Of a stretch of DNA of 64,000 bases, positions 26,576 through 40,449 are shown in pieces. The notes beneath the pieces were generated by a model that was not told the DNA's origin, searched no databases, and saw nothing but the letters and a program-made list of their open reading frames with translations. Source of the stretch: Paraspadella gotoi (taxonomy: Eukaryota; Animalia; Chaetognatha); NCBI GenBank assembly GCA_051294375.1, contig CM119264.1:11569832-11633831 (forward strand), read 5' to 3'. A program made the position numbers and the translations under genes. The first letter of the stretch is position 1. Each line of letters starts with the position of its first letter.

Positions 26576-29500
26576 TTCGTCGTTCGATGATTTTTGGTTA
26601 TTCATCGATTTGAACTTTTTTTACTTGAGCTCGTCCTTCAGCTCAGTATTAAACGTACAATTTTGTAATTTCGAACAATAAAATTAGACTAGAAGTAAAA
26701 CGAAAACGCACATGAAAAAAATACTACTTTATGGGTGAAAATCTTGTTAAAATTCGATAAATTTTCGTCAAAAGAAGAATAAAAAAAAAATTCCGATAAA
26801 AATTCATCGATGCGTTTTTGTTCGAAAGAAAAATAAAATTCAAGTTCAGTCGACCGACAAAAACCAAATTTTATCTAAACATGTTTTACACTTTTCAATT
26901 AAATATTTTATTTTCTTTCCATCTTCCATTGTCTCGGTATTTTATGATAAAGAACTCCCCCCAGTTTTTTTCCTTATTTCTCTTTCTCTTCTCATTTCGT
27001 CTATTTTCCTCCATTTTCTTTTTAAGCATTAACGAGAGTCGGGAGACGCAAAACTCTATTCCCTTTCATTGACGACCTTTCTCCTTTTCAATCCTTCGAT
27101 GTTAAATAGGAAACATCAAATTAAATACATAAAATATTTAACCGTAAGTTTGTTTTGACGCGGAGCGAAAAAATATCGCAAAATCCATCTGAAACTGTCT
27201 TATCTTAATTCTTTTTTGGCCTTTTGGTTACCATGGAAAAAATCGATGTTTTTTTGTTTTAATCGAAATAAAGATTAAAAAATATGGAGGGCCCTTTGGT
27301 CCCTTCTTTAATATACTAGTTAAAGATTCTTGCAATATGTACAATTGTATTTGGAATTGGTAATGGTTATTTGAGTCGCTGCGAGCCTACCCTGCTTCAT
27401 ATAATTCCGCTCTCATGTTACTATCCAGCTTCACTCGTNNNNNNNNNNNNNNNNNNNNNNNNNNNNNNNNNNNNNNNNNNNNNNNNNNNNNNNNNNNNNN
27501 NNNNNNNNNNNNNNNNNNNNNNNNNNNNNNNNNNNNNNNNNNNNNNNNNNNNNNNNNNNNNNNNNNNNNNNNNNNNNNNNNNNNNNNNNNNNNNNNNNNN
27601 NNNNNNNNNNNNNNNNNNNNNNNNNNNNNNNNNNNNNNNNNNNNNNNNNNNNNNNNNNNNNNNNNNNNNNNNNNNNNNNNNNNNNNNNNNNNNNNNNNNN
27701 NNNNNNNNNNNNNNNNNNNNNNNNNNNNNNNNNNNNNNNNNNNNNNNNNNNNNNNNNNNNNNNNNNNNNNNNNNNNNNNNNNNNNNNNNNNNNNNNNNNN
27801 NNNNNNNNNNNNNNNNNNNNNNNNNNNNNNNNNNNNNNNNNNNNNNNNNNNNNNNNNNNNNNNNNNNNNNNNNNNNNNNNNNNNNNNNNNNNNNTTTAAC
27901 ATAGATTCTCGCGGCCGCTTCGATCGCCCGATCTTAGGTGCCGAGCCCGTGAGGACTGAGGGGTGTTGTTAGGGTGGAAGTGGCACCCGCTCCTCGCAAG
28001 ACGTTGGGGTGGAAGAAGCAAGGGGTTGGTTCAGGATTTCGATTGTGGCGCCATTGGCGGGACGGAGGCAGACTTTTGTCGAAAAGCGCAAGGCATGTTT
28101 ACGGATTTCTCGGAAATGGCTCCACCTCCCGAAACCGAAATTGGCTCAGATCAAATTCCAACTTTTTTTCCATCTCGACTTTATACCGCTTTATTTTTTT
28201 TTATCCCCCCGCCTCAGGTTTTCTGTTTTTTTTAAGCAATATTTTCGGAAGAAAGAAAGAAAGAAGGAAAGAAAAGTTTTGAGTGAAAGGAGAGTCGACA
28301 AGAAAATAATGGAGGAAAAAAAGAAGGAGAAAATTTTGGAAGAAAAAGGGGGAAAAAAAAGAAAAGGAGGGTGAGTCGCTGGAGTTAAGGGATGACGAAA
28401 CGAAATCGGGTGGGTTTCGCGGGCTTATTAACAGAATCGGTGGAAGGGTTTGTGAGCTTTGGGTAGGGTGTCTTTGGCAACCTCACCGCCACCGTAATTT
28501 CCGGTAGCGAAGGCGAAAGAGAGAAACCCTGGATTGTGAGGCGACGCCCGAAAGCGGAAGCGAGAGACGGCGAAATCTGAAGTGGGCGGGGATCAGAATG
28601 GCGGAGAAACAAAGGGAAAAAAAAGTGGGGAGCGGGTCTGGTTGAAACTTGAAGTGGATAATCCGAGTACCCGAGGTGAGCAGCGCCCGTTGCCCGAGCG
28701 CGCGCGCGGCAACCAGGACGCCAAGGGGCGCGTCCCACACAAACGCGACTAACATTAAAGAAAATGGAGGCGTGGGGACTGTTTTCCATAAACTTAAATC
28801 ACCCGGAAGCGAGATCCGANNNNNNNNNNNNNNNNNNNNNNNNNNNNNNNNNNNNNNNNNNNNNNNNNNNNNNNNNNNNNNNNNNNNNNNNNNNNNNNNN
28901 NNNNNNNNNNNNNNNNNNNNNNNNNNNNNNNNNNNNNNNNNNNNNNNNNNNNNNNNNNNNNNNNNNNNNNNNNNNNNNNNNNNNNNNNNNNNNNNNNNNN
29001 NNNNNNNNNNNNNNNNNNNNNNNNNNNNNNNNNNNNNNNNNNNNNNNNNNNNNNNNNNNNNNNNNNNNNNNNNNNNNNNNNNNNNNNNNNNNNNNNNNNN
29101 NNNNNNNNNNNNNNNNNNNNNNNNNNNNNNNNNNNNNNNNNNNNNNNNNNNNNNNNNNNNNNNNNNNNAGAGAGAGAGAGAGAGAGATCCCAGCAGCGAA
29201 GATGTTTGCTTTCTTAGGGACGGCAATAAAAACAAACATGAAGAAAATTCCACGGCCTTCGATTCAGCTGCGACGGAAAGTGAAGGTAGGGAAAAAGGGA
29301 AAAAGGGAAGATGGAGATTGGAGAAGGGAAAATGGACTCAGGAAGGAAGAGCAAAGTTAGTGAACTTTTAAAATTTTTGAAAATAAATGAAAGATAAAGA
29401 TTTGTTTTATTTTATGTTATGATTCTAGGTAATGAAATAGGAGAAAGCCAAAGATCATATATTTTGTCTCACCGTTTCTTAGTTCTTAAAATTTAATTTT

Positions 29501-30644
29501 AAAGGTAAGAGTATAAACAGCAGGACAAAAGAAATAGAAAAAAAGGAAAAGAAAGAAAAGGAGAATAATAAATGAGATGTTTAGAGAAAAAAAGGAAAGG
29601 AAGGGAAAGAAAGGAACTGATCCGTATAAAGGTGTAACTATTGGCTTTGATCCGTGAGGTGGGAGAAGAAAAAAAAAACGAATAAAAAAGGAATAAAAAC
29701 GCATGAAAGCCGAAGAGGAAAAAAAAAGAGGAGGAAAAGAAGCAGAGAAATAAAAAAAAAGGAAAGATGGAAGAAAACATAGATTGAATAAAGGAAATAA
29801 AAAAGAGGAACAAAAGGAAATAAAAGAAGAGAAGAAACGAAGGAGATTTTGCCGAGAAATCGCGTGGAACGAATCGTTAAAAAAAATGAAATTCGCGTCG
29901 CTTCGATTAGTTTTGAATTCGATGCGTCGCGAGGAAGTGGCATGTCTTTAACTTGAGTTTCTGTTAATAGATGTTTTTTAATCAAATTTAAAATTTTTCT
30001 TTATAATTCGTTTTTTGCCTTTTTTTTAAATATCAATGGTAATATAACTCATATTTCTACGTACATACATTCTCATCCTTTCCAATCATAATTTTTTGGC
30101 ATCTTGGCGTTTTTTATTGTGTCCTATTCGGTGTGATCCTATTTTATTTTCTTGTTTTCAATATTCTGTTAATGCACTTTTTTTTTGTTAGTATTGTATG
30201 TATATTCTAAAGGGGCGAGCTGGGAATTGCTAATATTTCGCAGCGATCTTTCCCCTTCAGTTTTAACCCCGAACGCAACCAGTTTTTTAGCCTTCTCCTC
30301 ACCTCCTTCCTCAATACTCGTACTTACTTTAGCCACGCTCGACCTGACCCGGCCTTACTTACCCGGGTCCCACCCCAACCAACATTACCATCTCTCGTTT
30401 CGTCCCGTCTTCAGGCTGCGCCCTCTCTCTTCCCACCTTTGACCGAGCTTTAAAATGTCGCCCGGTGGGCGTCGCCGATAATTCCTGGCTCTTCCGGCAG
30501 CGTCACGCCCTTTCGATGATAGTGACGACGACGACGACGACGACCTCGAATGTCGTCGCATTCGTCATCGACATCGTGAATATCGACCGGAGAGTGGGGG
30601 CGTGCGCCGGAAAGCGGAAGGACGAAATAGAGAGAGAGAGAGAG

Positions 30645-30727
<83 letters not shown>

Positions 30728-30943
30728 TAGATAGAGAGAGAGAGAGCGAGAGAGAAATCTTTAATCCTCAAAAAAAAAATGAAATAAGTAAAAAGAAAAA
30801 AAAATTAAAAAAAAGAAGAAAAGGACAGATAGGAATAAAGGGTCATCGATATTAGCGGCAGCGTTTTTCTTCTCTACCGGAACCGGTTAACAAGGAATAC
30901 GACTGGAAAAAAATGAAAGTGAGAGAGAGAGAGAGAGAGAGAG

Positions 30944-31045
<102 letters not shown>

Positions 31046-31354
31046 ACCAAAGTTAATTAAAAACCACCGGTGGAGAATTGTTCTCCAAAACGAAACAAAA
31101 TAAAAAACAAAAAACAAAAAACGTAAAAAATTTAAAAACTGATTAAAAAAAAATACGGCTTCCGAAAACACGAGAGTTAAAATACTTTTCGTTTTTAAAA
31201 AGTTTTTTTAACTAAAAAATAGCGATTGCTCAATGCTTCTGTTTTAATTCAAATTTCAATTAATCAAAATTTTAAAACATTGCATTCTGGCATTGCATCC
31301 TTTCAACTTTGCCACCCGCCCTCTTCGCTGGCCAGCGTCTTCTACTCAGAGCTA

Positions 31355-32202
31355 CAGATCTGGTCAAAGCATTTTATTTTATTATTTGAAGAAAAATAAT
31401 ATTTTCTAGGACTCATTTAGTTAATAGTTTGTCGGATAACCATTTGCTTCCACCACCACTTTTATGCAACGAGGGAGAGAGTCGTAGAGGCTCGGCAAAT
31501 ATGAAAGGTACCACTCCCTCTCAACTGTCGTACCATTGTACTGCAAAATGTACTTTTTTATCCTTGACCAGACATTTTCAATAATGTTGCATCAGGTTTC
31601 TAAGTCAACCTTTAAGCACCTCGATCCCGTTTTCCTCATGATATTTTTGGGGTGCTTTGGCTTTGTATAATAAAAAGCCACCCATTCACAGTTGAATGAC
31701 TGTCAACAATTCTTCTTCTCTCCATTTTTTTTTCAACTGGCTTGCAGAAGCCTTACGGTCTTGAATTTTGAGACTTTTTAGGTTATCGTTCTTGTTCTTC
31801 GTGGATATGCAAGGTCATCTGCTTTTAACAGCTCGTCCAAGGTTTCCAGTTACTTTAAATTTATTGACAACTCTGCGGATGGCTGTAGGAAAGAAATGAG
31901 ACTGTTTGGCAATCTTATATCTTGACAAAACCGCCTTCTAAAGCTTAACAATTATAGCTTCTTTTTAAGGTTTAGCTGTTTTGTAGTTTCAATAGTAAAA
32001 AAATGGATACATTTTTTTTTATTAAAAAAAAAATGTAAGACAAAATTTTGATCTTTTATTTATTTTAGCACAGCTTCTATAATATTTAGCCGAAATAAAG
32101 ATATTTGTTTTCGCTTTCAAATAAACCCAAGTTTTAATTAATAGGACGACAGACAAGCGAGATAATAGGGGTTCAAAGTTAAACTTTTTTAGACCAGATC
32201 TG
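31355..32202 (-). mobile_element. Internally deleted, decayed Tc1-like (Tc1/mariner) DNA transposon
   Basis: TIR CAGATCTGGTC (31355-65) / GACCAGATCTG (32192-202), flanked by TA on both sides. Minus-strand remnants: HTH region IVKL*KAVLSRYKIAK..AIRRVVNKFKVTGNLGRAVKSR*P.ISTK..QDRKASASQLKKKW; NIIENVWSRIKK (SPDLNPIENVW-like); C-terminus LYDSLPRCIKVVVEANGYPTNY*. Confidence 0.9.
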
Positions 32203-32464
32203 TACATACAGCTTACTTAAACCACTCAGTACTCCACCCCTTTGCTCCAGCGGAGTCCGCCTATAGTGGGGGAGCGATTTTTCAGAACCAGTTTTTTTTC
32301 GTTGAATGTCAAATGGAAATTTCTTCCATCTTCGTTTCTTCGTCGACGGCTTAGAACCGAAAACAAACAAGTCAAGGTTTATGCAAACAACAAAGGACGA
32401 CGACGAACGCTTTTTCTTTCAAGGGTGGAGAGATGGAGATAGAGATAGAGAGGGCAAAGAGAGA

Positions 32465-32503
<39 letters not shown>

Positions 32504-33615
32504 CTTGGTAAGATGTCGCAAGTTAGAGAGGGAGAGATTACCTCGGTGAGTAAGTATAATAACCTCTTTTTTGTTCACGTGGGTAGAATCGAAGAACAAA
32601 CAGTAAAAGAGAGTAAACATAGTTAAAAAACAAATTTATTAATATGATAGTAAGAAATCAGCGAAACGCGCAACGTATTTGGTTAACGCAATTGAGTTGG
32701 TATTAACAAAACTTTAAAAGAGAGCAGAGTAAAGAAAAGAATAAAATTGAAGAAAAGGAAAGGAAGAGAAATAGATTTCTCCGACTTTGAATTCGGCACA
32801 CCTCGTAAAAAAGGGAGGAAAGGACCGAGTGTCGGCGCCGAAATCTGGGACCGGATTCCGGCGTCACAATGGGACACACTTATGCAGCATTAAAATTCGA
32901 TACCCTCAAGGGGCATTAAAATGCAGAGTTCTCATAATGCGGCATTCTTTTGCATGGCTGCATTGCGCTGTGGCTCCTTAATAAGTTGCCGGCCTTAGGT
33001 AACAAAATATTCCTTCTTCATTGCATAAAATTCATTTTAAGAAGCCACCTCAGCAATAAAGCAATAAATTTAACTTAAATTAAAATTATAAAAGTGAATG
33101 TATTTTTTAAATTGTTTACATTTAGTTGGTCAAAAATATATTTTAAGCTGAATATTGTATATATTTATTGTATATTTTGTATAATAAATATAGTTTTTTG
33201 AATTTTTAACATACATAATGAAAAAATTGTAAAATGAGTTATATTTTCTTGTATCAACTTTTGACGAGGAATTCGAATGTGCCATCAAAATTAAGAAAAG
33301 TCCATTTTAAAATTTTAGAATTTCTTAAGGATAGTACTATATATAAATATAGCCTCATACAAAAATTAAAAAAAATATAAAATTTTGTTTTTTTTGATTG
33401 TTAATTGACAATTAGAATTTTTATACATTACTTTCACTATGCTGTACTCAGCAAGCAACGAAACGAGCCATGGCCTATTTTTGGCGAATGAATTGACTTC
33501 GGAGAGTGGTCGCAGTTATTTGCGTCTACGTTACCACGCCTTTTCGACGCTAAAGTCCCTCACGCTCCCTGGCTCACTCATTCCTTCACACTCTCACTTT
33601 TTTTGAGGCCCGAAA

Positions 33616-33864
33616 ATGAAAAAGCCTTTTGCCCTTATATTCTTGCTCCTTTTCGCCCTTCCTGAGTATTACTTCCCGACCCGATACTTACCCTCGTCCT
33701 TACTCTACAACTCCCGAATTCAGTCCACCGCCTTACGCTTCGAATCCCCGACGATTCGATCCCCAGTTTACGAACCCGCTGCTGCTGTTGCGGCGCCCGT
33801 GGCGCCAGCGTCGTCAGCGTCGGCGCCCGCCACTCTCGAGGCTTTCCGGTTATCATTATGCTAA
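33616..33864 (+). other. Unverified 82-aa ORF with a signal-peptide-like N-terminus
   Basis: MKKPFALIFLLLFALP has a basic n-region and hydrophobic core, followed by a Ser/Pro/Ala-rich body. No domain recognised. Confidence 0.2.
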
Positions 33865-34023
33865 TCGCGGAGCAGTTATAGAAGTTATCGTCGAGTTATG
33901 GCCTAATAATCGGGCGCCCGCTTCTTTTTTTCCTTCTAATCCTTTTTCTTCTTGTCCCTCTCATGTTTTTTCTTTGGTTGGTCGACGGAGGAAGCGAAGC
34001 GCTAATGGAACCAAGTGTCTCTC

Positions 34024-34123
<100 letters not shown>

Positions 34124-35212
34124 CTCCTCTCTTCGCGGAGAATAACGAGTAGTTCGGTCGTGGCGACATCGGCGGCGGAATTGATTCTTATTCTTAACAT
34201 AACAATTAATCAACCGTTCCTCTCTCTACCGAAAGTTTATCCCGGATGTAATTGGGAATCGATCGATTCTTCTGAAACGAGTTTGCTCTTTTGCTATTCT
34301 CGTTAAAAGACGCGATTGGGAAGAAGCTTTAAACCCCCCCTCCCAAAAAAAAGAAGAAATAATAACGACAACAGCACACATTTCTTTCCCCAATATGATT
34401 CGACAACTTTAGCCCCATAGAGTCGCTTTCAGGCCTACTTACTCTCCGCATAAAGGCGACTCGAATCGTAATTCCCCCGTGAGCGCCATTCCGATGCTAA
34501 TCTATTGTTTTTCCGTCCTCGGATCTTCGGGCAGAAACTTTTTTTTCTTTTCAAACTTATTTTTTTTCTTTTCTGGAGAACGTTACTGTCGCTGAGTTGT
34601 TCTTCTTTTTGCCTCCAGTTTCGAATTCTTTCTCAATTGTTTGCTGCGCCCATGGTGTCTCCCTTTCAACAGCTTTTAGGATTTGTTGCTTGCCTTCGCT
34701 CAGGGGTTGCTATGACATTTTTCAGTTTGGAATTTCATCAGTTTTTCCCTTAAAAACTTTCGTTTCTCAAATTTATCTAGTTTTTCAATTTTTCCCCTCG
34801 TTTTTTTCTCTCTTTGTTTTCTCTGCTTCCACCGTTTTATCTTTCCAATTTTCTATTTCGCTTCCTCTCTCAAGACTTTTCTATTTCGCTTCCACTCTCA
34901 AGACTTTTCTATTTCTCTTCTTCTCTCAAGACCTAACTTTCCTTTCACCCAAAAAATCTTCTTGGCGTCGAGGAGATTCGAGGAATTAAGAGAGAGAAAA
35001 CTTGGAAAATAGAAAAGAAATAACTTCGGGATTTGAGCTCGAGCAGGGAATATCAATGGCCGAGCGCGTGACGGAATGACGCGAGATTGACGGAGCGTTG
35101 TGACGCTAGAGTGACGCGGTTTGCCGCGAGTAGGGGAGCAGCGCCATATTATTCTTTTTCACGCTCGACGCCGCGGGCATTCCTAACGATCTCTCGCTGC
35201 TCTCTACCCACC

Positions 35213-35266
<54 letters not shown>

Positions 35267-36856
35267 CTCTCTCTCTCTCTTTCTCTCTATTCTCTATCTC
35301 TCTCTCTCTCGATGCTCAACTGTTCTAAAAAAAAAAGAGAGAGAAAAACAGAGAGAGAAAGAGAAAGAGAGAAAGAGCGTTGAAACGATGAGAATAATAT
35401 GCATCTACAATGGTCTGGGGACCACTTGCCGTTCCGGGACGAGAGAGAGATAGAGAGGGGTAAGAAAATATGGAGAAGAGGGAGACACGCGTACAAGGGG
35501 TGAAAAGAGGAAGAAGTGGCGAGAGGGCGAGAGGGTGAGAAGGTGAAAGGGAGGTAACGTGAAAAATAAAGAGAGAAAGGGAGGAGAGGATTTCTCCCTT
35601 AAACCCCCCCCCCAAAAAAAGGAAAAATAAAACAAGTTAAGGAAGCTTCTCGCTTTCCAGGAATTATCGCTCGGGGATCGAAGCGCAGAAACGAGAAAAT
35701 ACTTATCGAGCCTCAGCCGAAAAAAAAAGACAAAAAAAGGGGTTCCTAAAAACGTTCGGAAAAAAAAAAGAAAAAAGAAAAATGTCCAAAAACGCGGAGA
35801 AAAAAAAAGCGGGGAAATATCGCCCCGCGAAGAATTGAATAGGAATTGCGTTGGATTTAGAAAGAAGAGAGATAAAAAAAATAATAGCGGCGAGCGAGAG
35901 GGACAGAAAAAAATCGGGCGAAGATTTTTGTCCTTCTAAGTTCGATATGTTTGTTTTCTAACTTGCTACGTTAAAGTTTTAATAAAAACTTCTTTACATA
36001 TCATATCATGTTTTTCATTACCAAAGGTAGAAATTGTCTTACCTGAGATTTCCGCGGCGATTGGTAGGAGAGAGAAAGTGGGAGAAGAAAAATACATGAT
36101 TTAAATTAGCATGTTAAAAAATTACACGGATTATCAGAGAAAATAAGAAATGATGTCCTTAGATAATTATGATCTTTTTTATTTTTTGGCGTACACGTTA
36201 TCAAAATCCCGCGCTTTTAGCTGTCGATTAATTTTTTCTTTTCGAAACGTACTCTGCCGTTATCAGTACTTTCGATCGTTTCTCCGCTCAAATTGAAAAT
36301 TGTAATACGAGAAAGTTTATCCTAAGAGTTTTAAGTTTTAAGCTTTAATTTTTGAGTTTACGATGTTTTTCTCCGAAGAGCCCCGAATTCTTCTACAACG
36401 ACGACGATGATAGCGACGAAAAGCGGCGCCCGGATCGAATCTTGGCGACGCCGATTTCGCCCCGAAGGCTCGAACGGCGCCCTCGCGTTTTCGCGAAAGA
36501 GAAACACGTGCGAACTCGCCTACTTTGATTATCGGGGTTCGTTTTTCTCGAGTTAGACATGTAATAATCGTGTAAGGGGTCGCTTAAAGCGAGAGCCATA
36601 ATCAAGTTATTCATATTCATAATCTAGTAACAATTTTGTAAAGAGAAAAGATCACGCAAACGTTTCCTTACTCCTTAAACCCGAAAAGGGTCGTCTTGTT
36701 AAATTAAGTGTCGGACGTAACCGTCGACGACCGCGCCACCGATCTTCGAGTTTTTCACCGGAAGTGAGAATGAGGTTCAGCGCCCCCTCCCCGGCGTCGT
36801 CGTCGCCGAGTCCGACGCCAGACAATAATTTCAATCTAAATTCTAAAAAAACGGGT

Positions 36857-36912
<56 letters not shown>

Positions 36913-37391
36913 AGGAAGAGAAGGAAAAAAAAAACAGAAGCTCGCCTTTTTCCCCGGTGTCTTAAATTCTTTGTTCCCATTTTTTCGTTCCTCTTTTCTC
37001 TTCCGTCTCATTAACTCGAATCTTTTTTTCCACTAAAATTCGTAGCCAGAGAAGAAAAAAAAAAAAAAGCCGCCGACAAAGAAGTTTAAAAGAGATATAA
37101 TAGCGGTGATAAAAAGGATTTAAAACAGTCCCTTCTCATTCTTGCTCTCTATCTTTTTGTTTTTTTTTTCGTTGGGTTTGGAACCGGAAAATGTCAGGAA
37201 AATTTAATCTCGTTTGCATACGGAAGAAAGAAACTCTGCCAAACGGAGGAGCGAACCTAATTATACGTTATCAATTAGAGAAAAGATGCAGGCTGAGAAA
37301 AAAACAAAAAATCAGAGGGGGAATTAGAATGTAAAAATAAGGAAATGTAAAAGGATACGTAATTTCGATAGATTTAAATCTGTCGGGTCAG

Positions 37392-40356
37392 GAAGTCTCG
37401 CGCAATCGCGTCAACGCTCTCTACGACACCATGATCAACTTGGTGTCCGGCTGCGCGGGCGGCGCCGTCAACGTCATCACGGGACAACCTCTCGACACGG
37501 CCAAGACCAAACTCCAAATCTACCCCAAATACTATCGAGGAACGACCCACTGTTTGAAGGAGACTTACTGGAAAGAAGGCTACAAGGGAATTTACTGCGG
37601 TCTTACTCCCAATTTGATGGTGAGGCGTTTTCGATCTTTTTTCTTTCAAATTTAATCGTATAGGAACGGGGAGACGTGTGATGCCTGGGGCGTGAGGCAT
37701 CTCCCGACAGCTGGCGCTCAGGGCTTCGGACCTGCAGTGACAACCCCATGTCTCTGGCATGTTGATTGTTTATGCCGACAGCCTAACACCATCACCCTTC
37801 ACCAGCGTGACCGTGAGGGGATTGAACCCTTGGGTAACGAGTACTAAACTGACCAAGCCAACGGGACGAGCGGAGATTCATTACGTTACACGGGAGGCGT
37901 TTTATAATTTGAGCTGATCTTCTACAGGTGGTCTTGCTAGAGAGCACCGTTCTGTTCATCTTGTATCCCTGGATGCAACGAAAACTCGCCAAAAATTTGG
38001 GAATTTCCGTGGAAGAGTTAACGCCTTTACACAAGGCCGGGGCTGGTAAGGATAGACTTGCCATGAATTACGAAGTTGAACTTTTTTGCAATAAGTCTCG
38101 GTGGTCGAGATTAATTAAACTAGTAATTGAAAGTAAAACCGACAATACAGTAACGTTTACAATGTGGACATCAAAGTTGAAAAGAGCATCTACAACACCT
38201 TGGCGTCTTTCTTGTCGAGCGCCATCTCTTGACGAGGCGTTTAAAATGAAGCGACGTCTTTTGTCGTCTGATCTTTTGTCCGCCATTTTTTAACGTCGTT
38301 GGTCTCTTCTCATTTTTTTTCTAGCTCCTCACTCTCCTCTATTCATCTCTCATCTCTCTCTCCCTCTGTCTTTCTCTCTCTCTCTTCTCTTTCTCTCAAT
38401 CATCACTACACTCACTCTACTCTCTCTCTCTCTATCTCTCTCCCTTTCTCTCTTCTCTCCTCTCCAACTTCTCTCTACTCACCTTTCTCCCCTCTCTCTC
38501 TTCTATCCCTAACTCTCGGCACTCACTCACCACTCCTCCTTCCTCTCTCTCCTATCATCTCTCTCTCTCTCTCCCTTCTTTATCTCTCCCTTTCCTACTC
38601 TCTACCCACTCTATCCACTCTTTCAGCTCTCTCGACATCACATTCTCTCACTCTCTTTCTCCCTCTCTCTCTCCGCTCAATCTCTCGATCCTCTACTCTC
38701 TCTCCTCTCTGCCAACTACACTCAGTCACTCAGATTTCACTCCTCCTATCGCTTTTTCTGTCCTTCGTCCTCTTCCTCCCACCTCCTTCCATCAATCTTG
38801 GAACACGCTGGAGACAAAAGGAGAAAAAAGTGAAAAAAAAGGAAAAAAAAAAGGACAAGTGGAAAAAAAGGAAAAATATAAAAGTCGGTCCACGAATGTC
38901 AAAGAGAGAGAGAGAGAGAGGCAAGGAGAGAGAGAAAGAGAGAGAGAGACAGAGAGAGAGGAGAGAGAGAGAATAACTAGTCACAAAGAAGAGGCAAATG
39001 AGATCTCAGGCCAAGAATCATTAAAAGACAATTCTTTTCTCCATAAGTTGACCCGAGGAGGAAAAAGTCATTTTTAAATCACGCAGAGACAATTTTTATT
39101 TAACTGCTGATCTGCCCATCGTACCAGTAGTTGTAATTTGTTTTAAAACCACTGTAGTTTTAAAACTTTGTTTAAATAGTTTCTTAAATTGATATTCTAA
39201 GATACGTCAACCTTATAATTTCGGTCACGATATATTTAGCTAACTATAAATAAATAATAAATCTAGTCTTCCCCCTTCCTTTCTCTCCTCTCTCTCTCTT
39301 CTCGTCTTCTTCCTTTCCGTGCGCTGCTCTCTCTGCCTTCTCTGTCCCCGTCTTCTCTCTTGTATCTCTGTCCGTATTTCCCCTCTCCTCTCTCCCTCTC
39401 TCTTTTCGTGCTCTCTCTCTCTTTCAGGGCAGCTTGTCGTCGGGTGGCTTCGCCCTTGCGATGACTCCCGCCGAAGTCGTCAAATGTAGAATACAAGTTA
39501 TGAGAGAGACCTGTGTCTTCAAAGGTGAGTTTTTTGAAAGAGTAAGAAAAGATTAAGGTAAGTCAGGCCTTTGACTTTCCCAGATCGATTCCTCGCGGAC
39601 GCGAATCCTCCGATCCGTCGATTCGTCCGCGAACTCGTCCGCGTCGAAGGATGGAGGACGCTCTTTAAGGGGATGGACGCCGCCGTCGCCAGAGACGTCG
39701 TCGGCGGCTTCTTCTACTTTGGCGTCTACGAGGCCGTGCTTAAGGTGTGTCTTAATGACGGTTGGCCTTTTAGAGACCTATAAGAGGCCAAGATGTTAAA
39801 GGGGACATCGTGGTGGGTCTATTTAAGATCAAACTGCCAAAGACGCTCTTCTGTTGAGAGAATAAGATATGATAGGCCAAGTTGAGTAAGTCGTGTGTCT
39901 TCCGAGCTGCTAGAAAATTCACTGTGGCAGATATTCTATTCATTTCGAAGCCAGATTGGTCAGTCCTGCAATCTTGCATTCATGCAATCAAAACTCGACA
40001 CCACAGCTACTGTGTCCACCGGGACAGAGAAGGGAAGAAGTGACTCACTTCAACATCNNNNNNNNNNGGCATTGAGATTTCAGGCAAGAATCTTAAAAGA
40101 CAATTCTTTCTCCATAAGTTGACCCGAGGAGGAAAAAGTCATTTTTAAATCACGCGGAGAATTTTTATTTACTGCTATCTCCCATCTCCACTAGTTGTAT
40201 TGTTTTAAAACACTGTAGTTTTAAAACACTGTAGTTTAACGTTTTTAAAAAAGATATTTGTATAATTTGAAATTCTAGGAATTAAGCGTCAACATAAATA
40301 AATAATAATCCTAGTTTCTTCCCCCCTTTCTCTCTCTCTCTCTCTCCGTTTATTAT

Positions 40357-40449
<93 letters not shown>

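Noticed and set aside
24200-29371. Long ORFs of 130-256 aa
   Set aside because: They are open only because they run through N gaps.
30395-30418. Hammerhead core words CTGAAGA...GAAAC on - strand
   Set aside because: The intervening 6 nt cannot form stem II, and there is no stem III or NUH.
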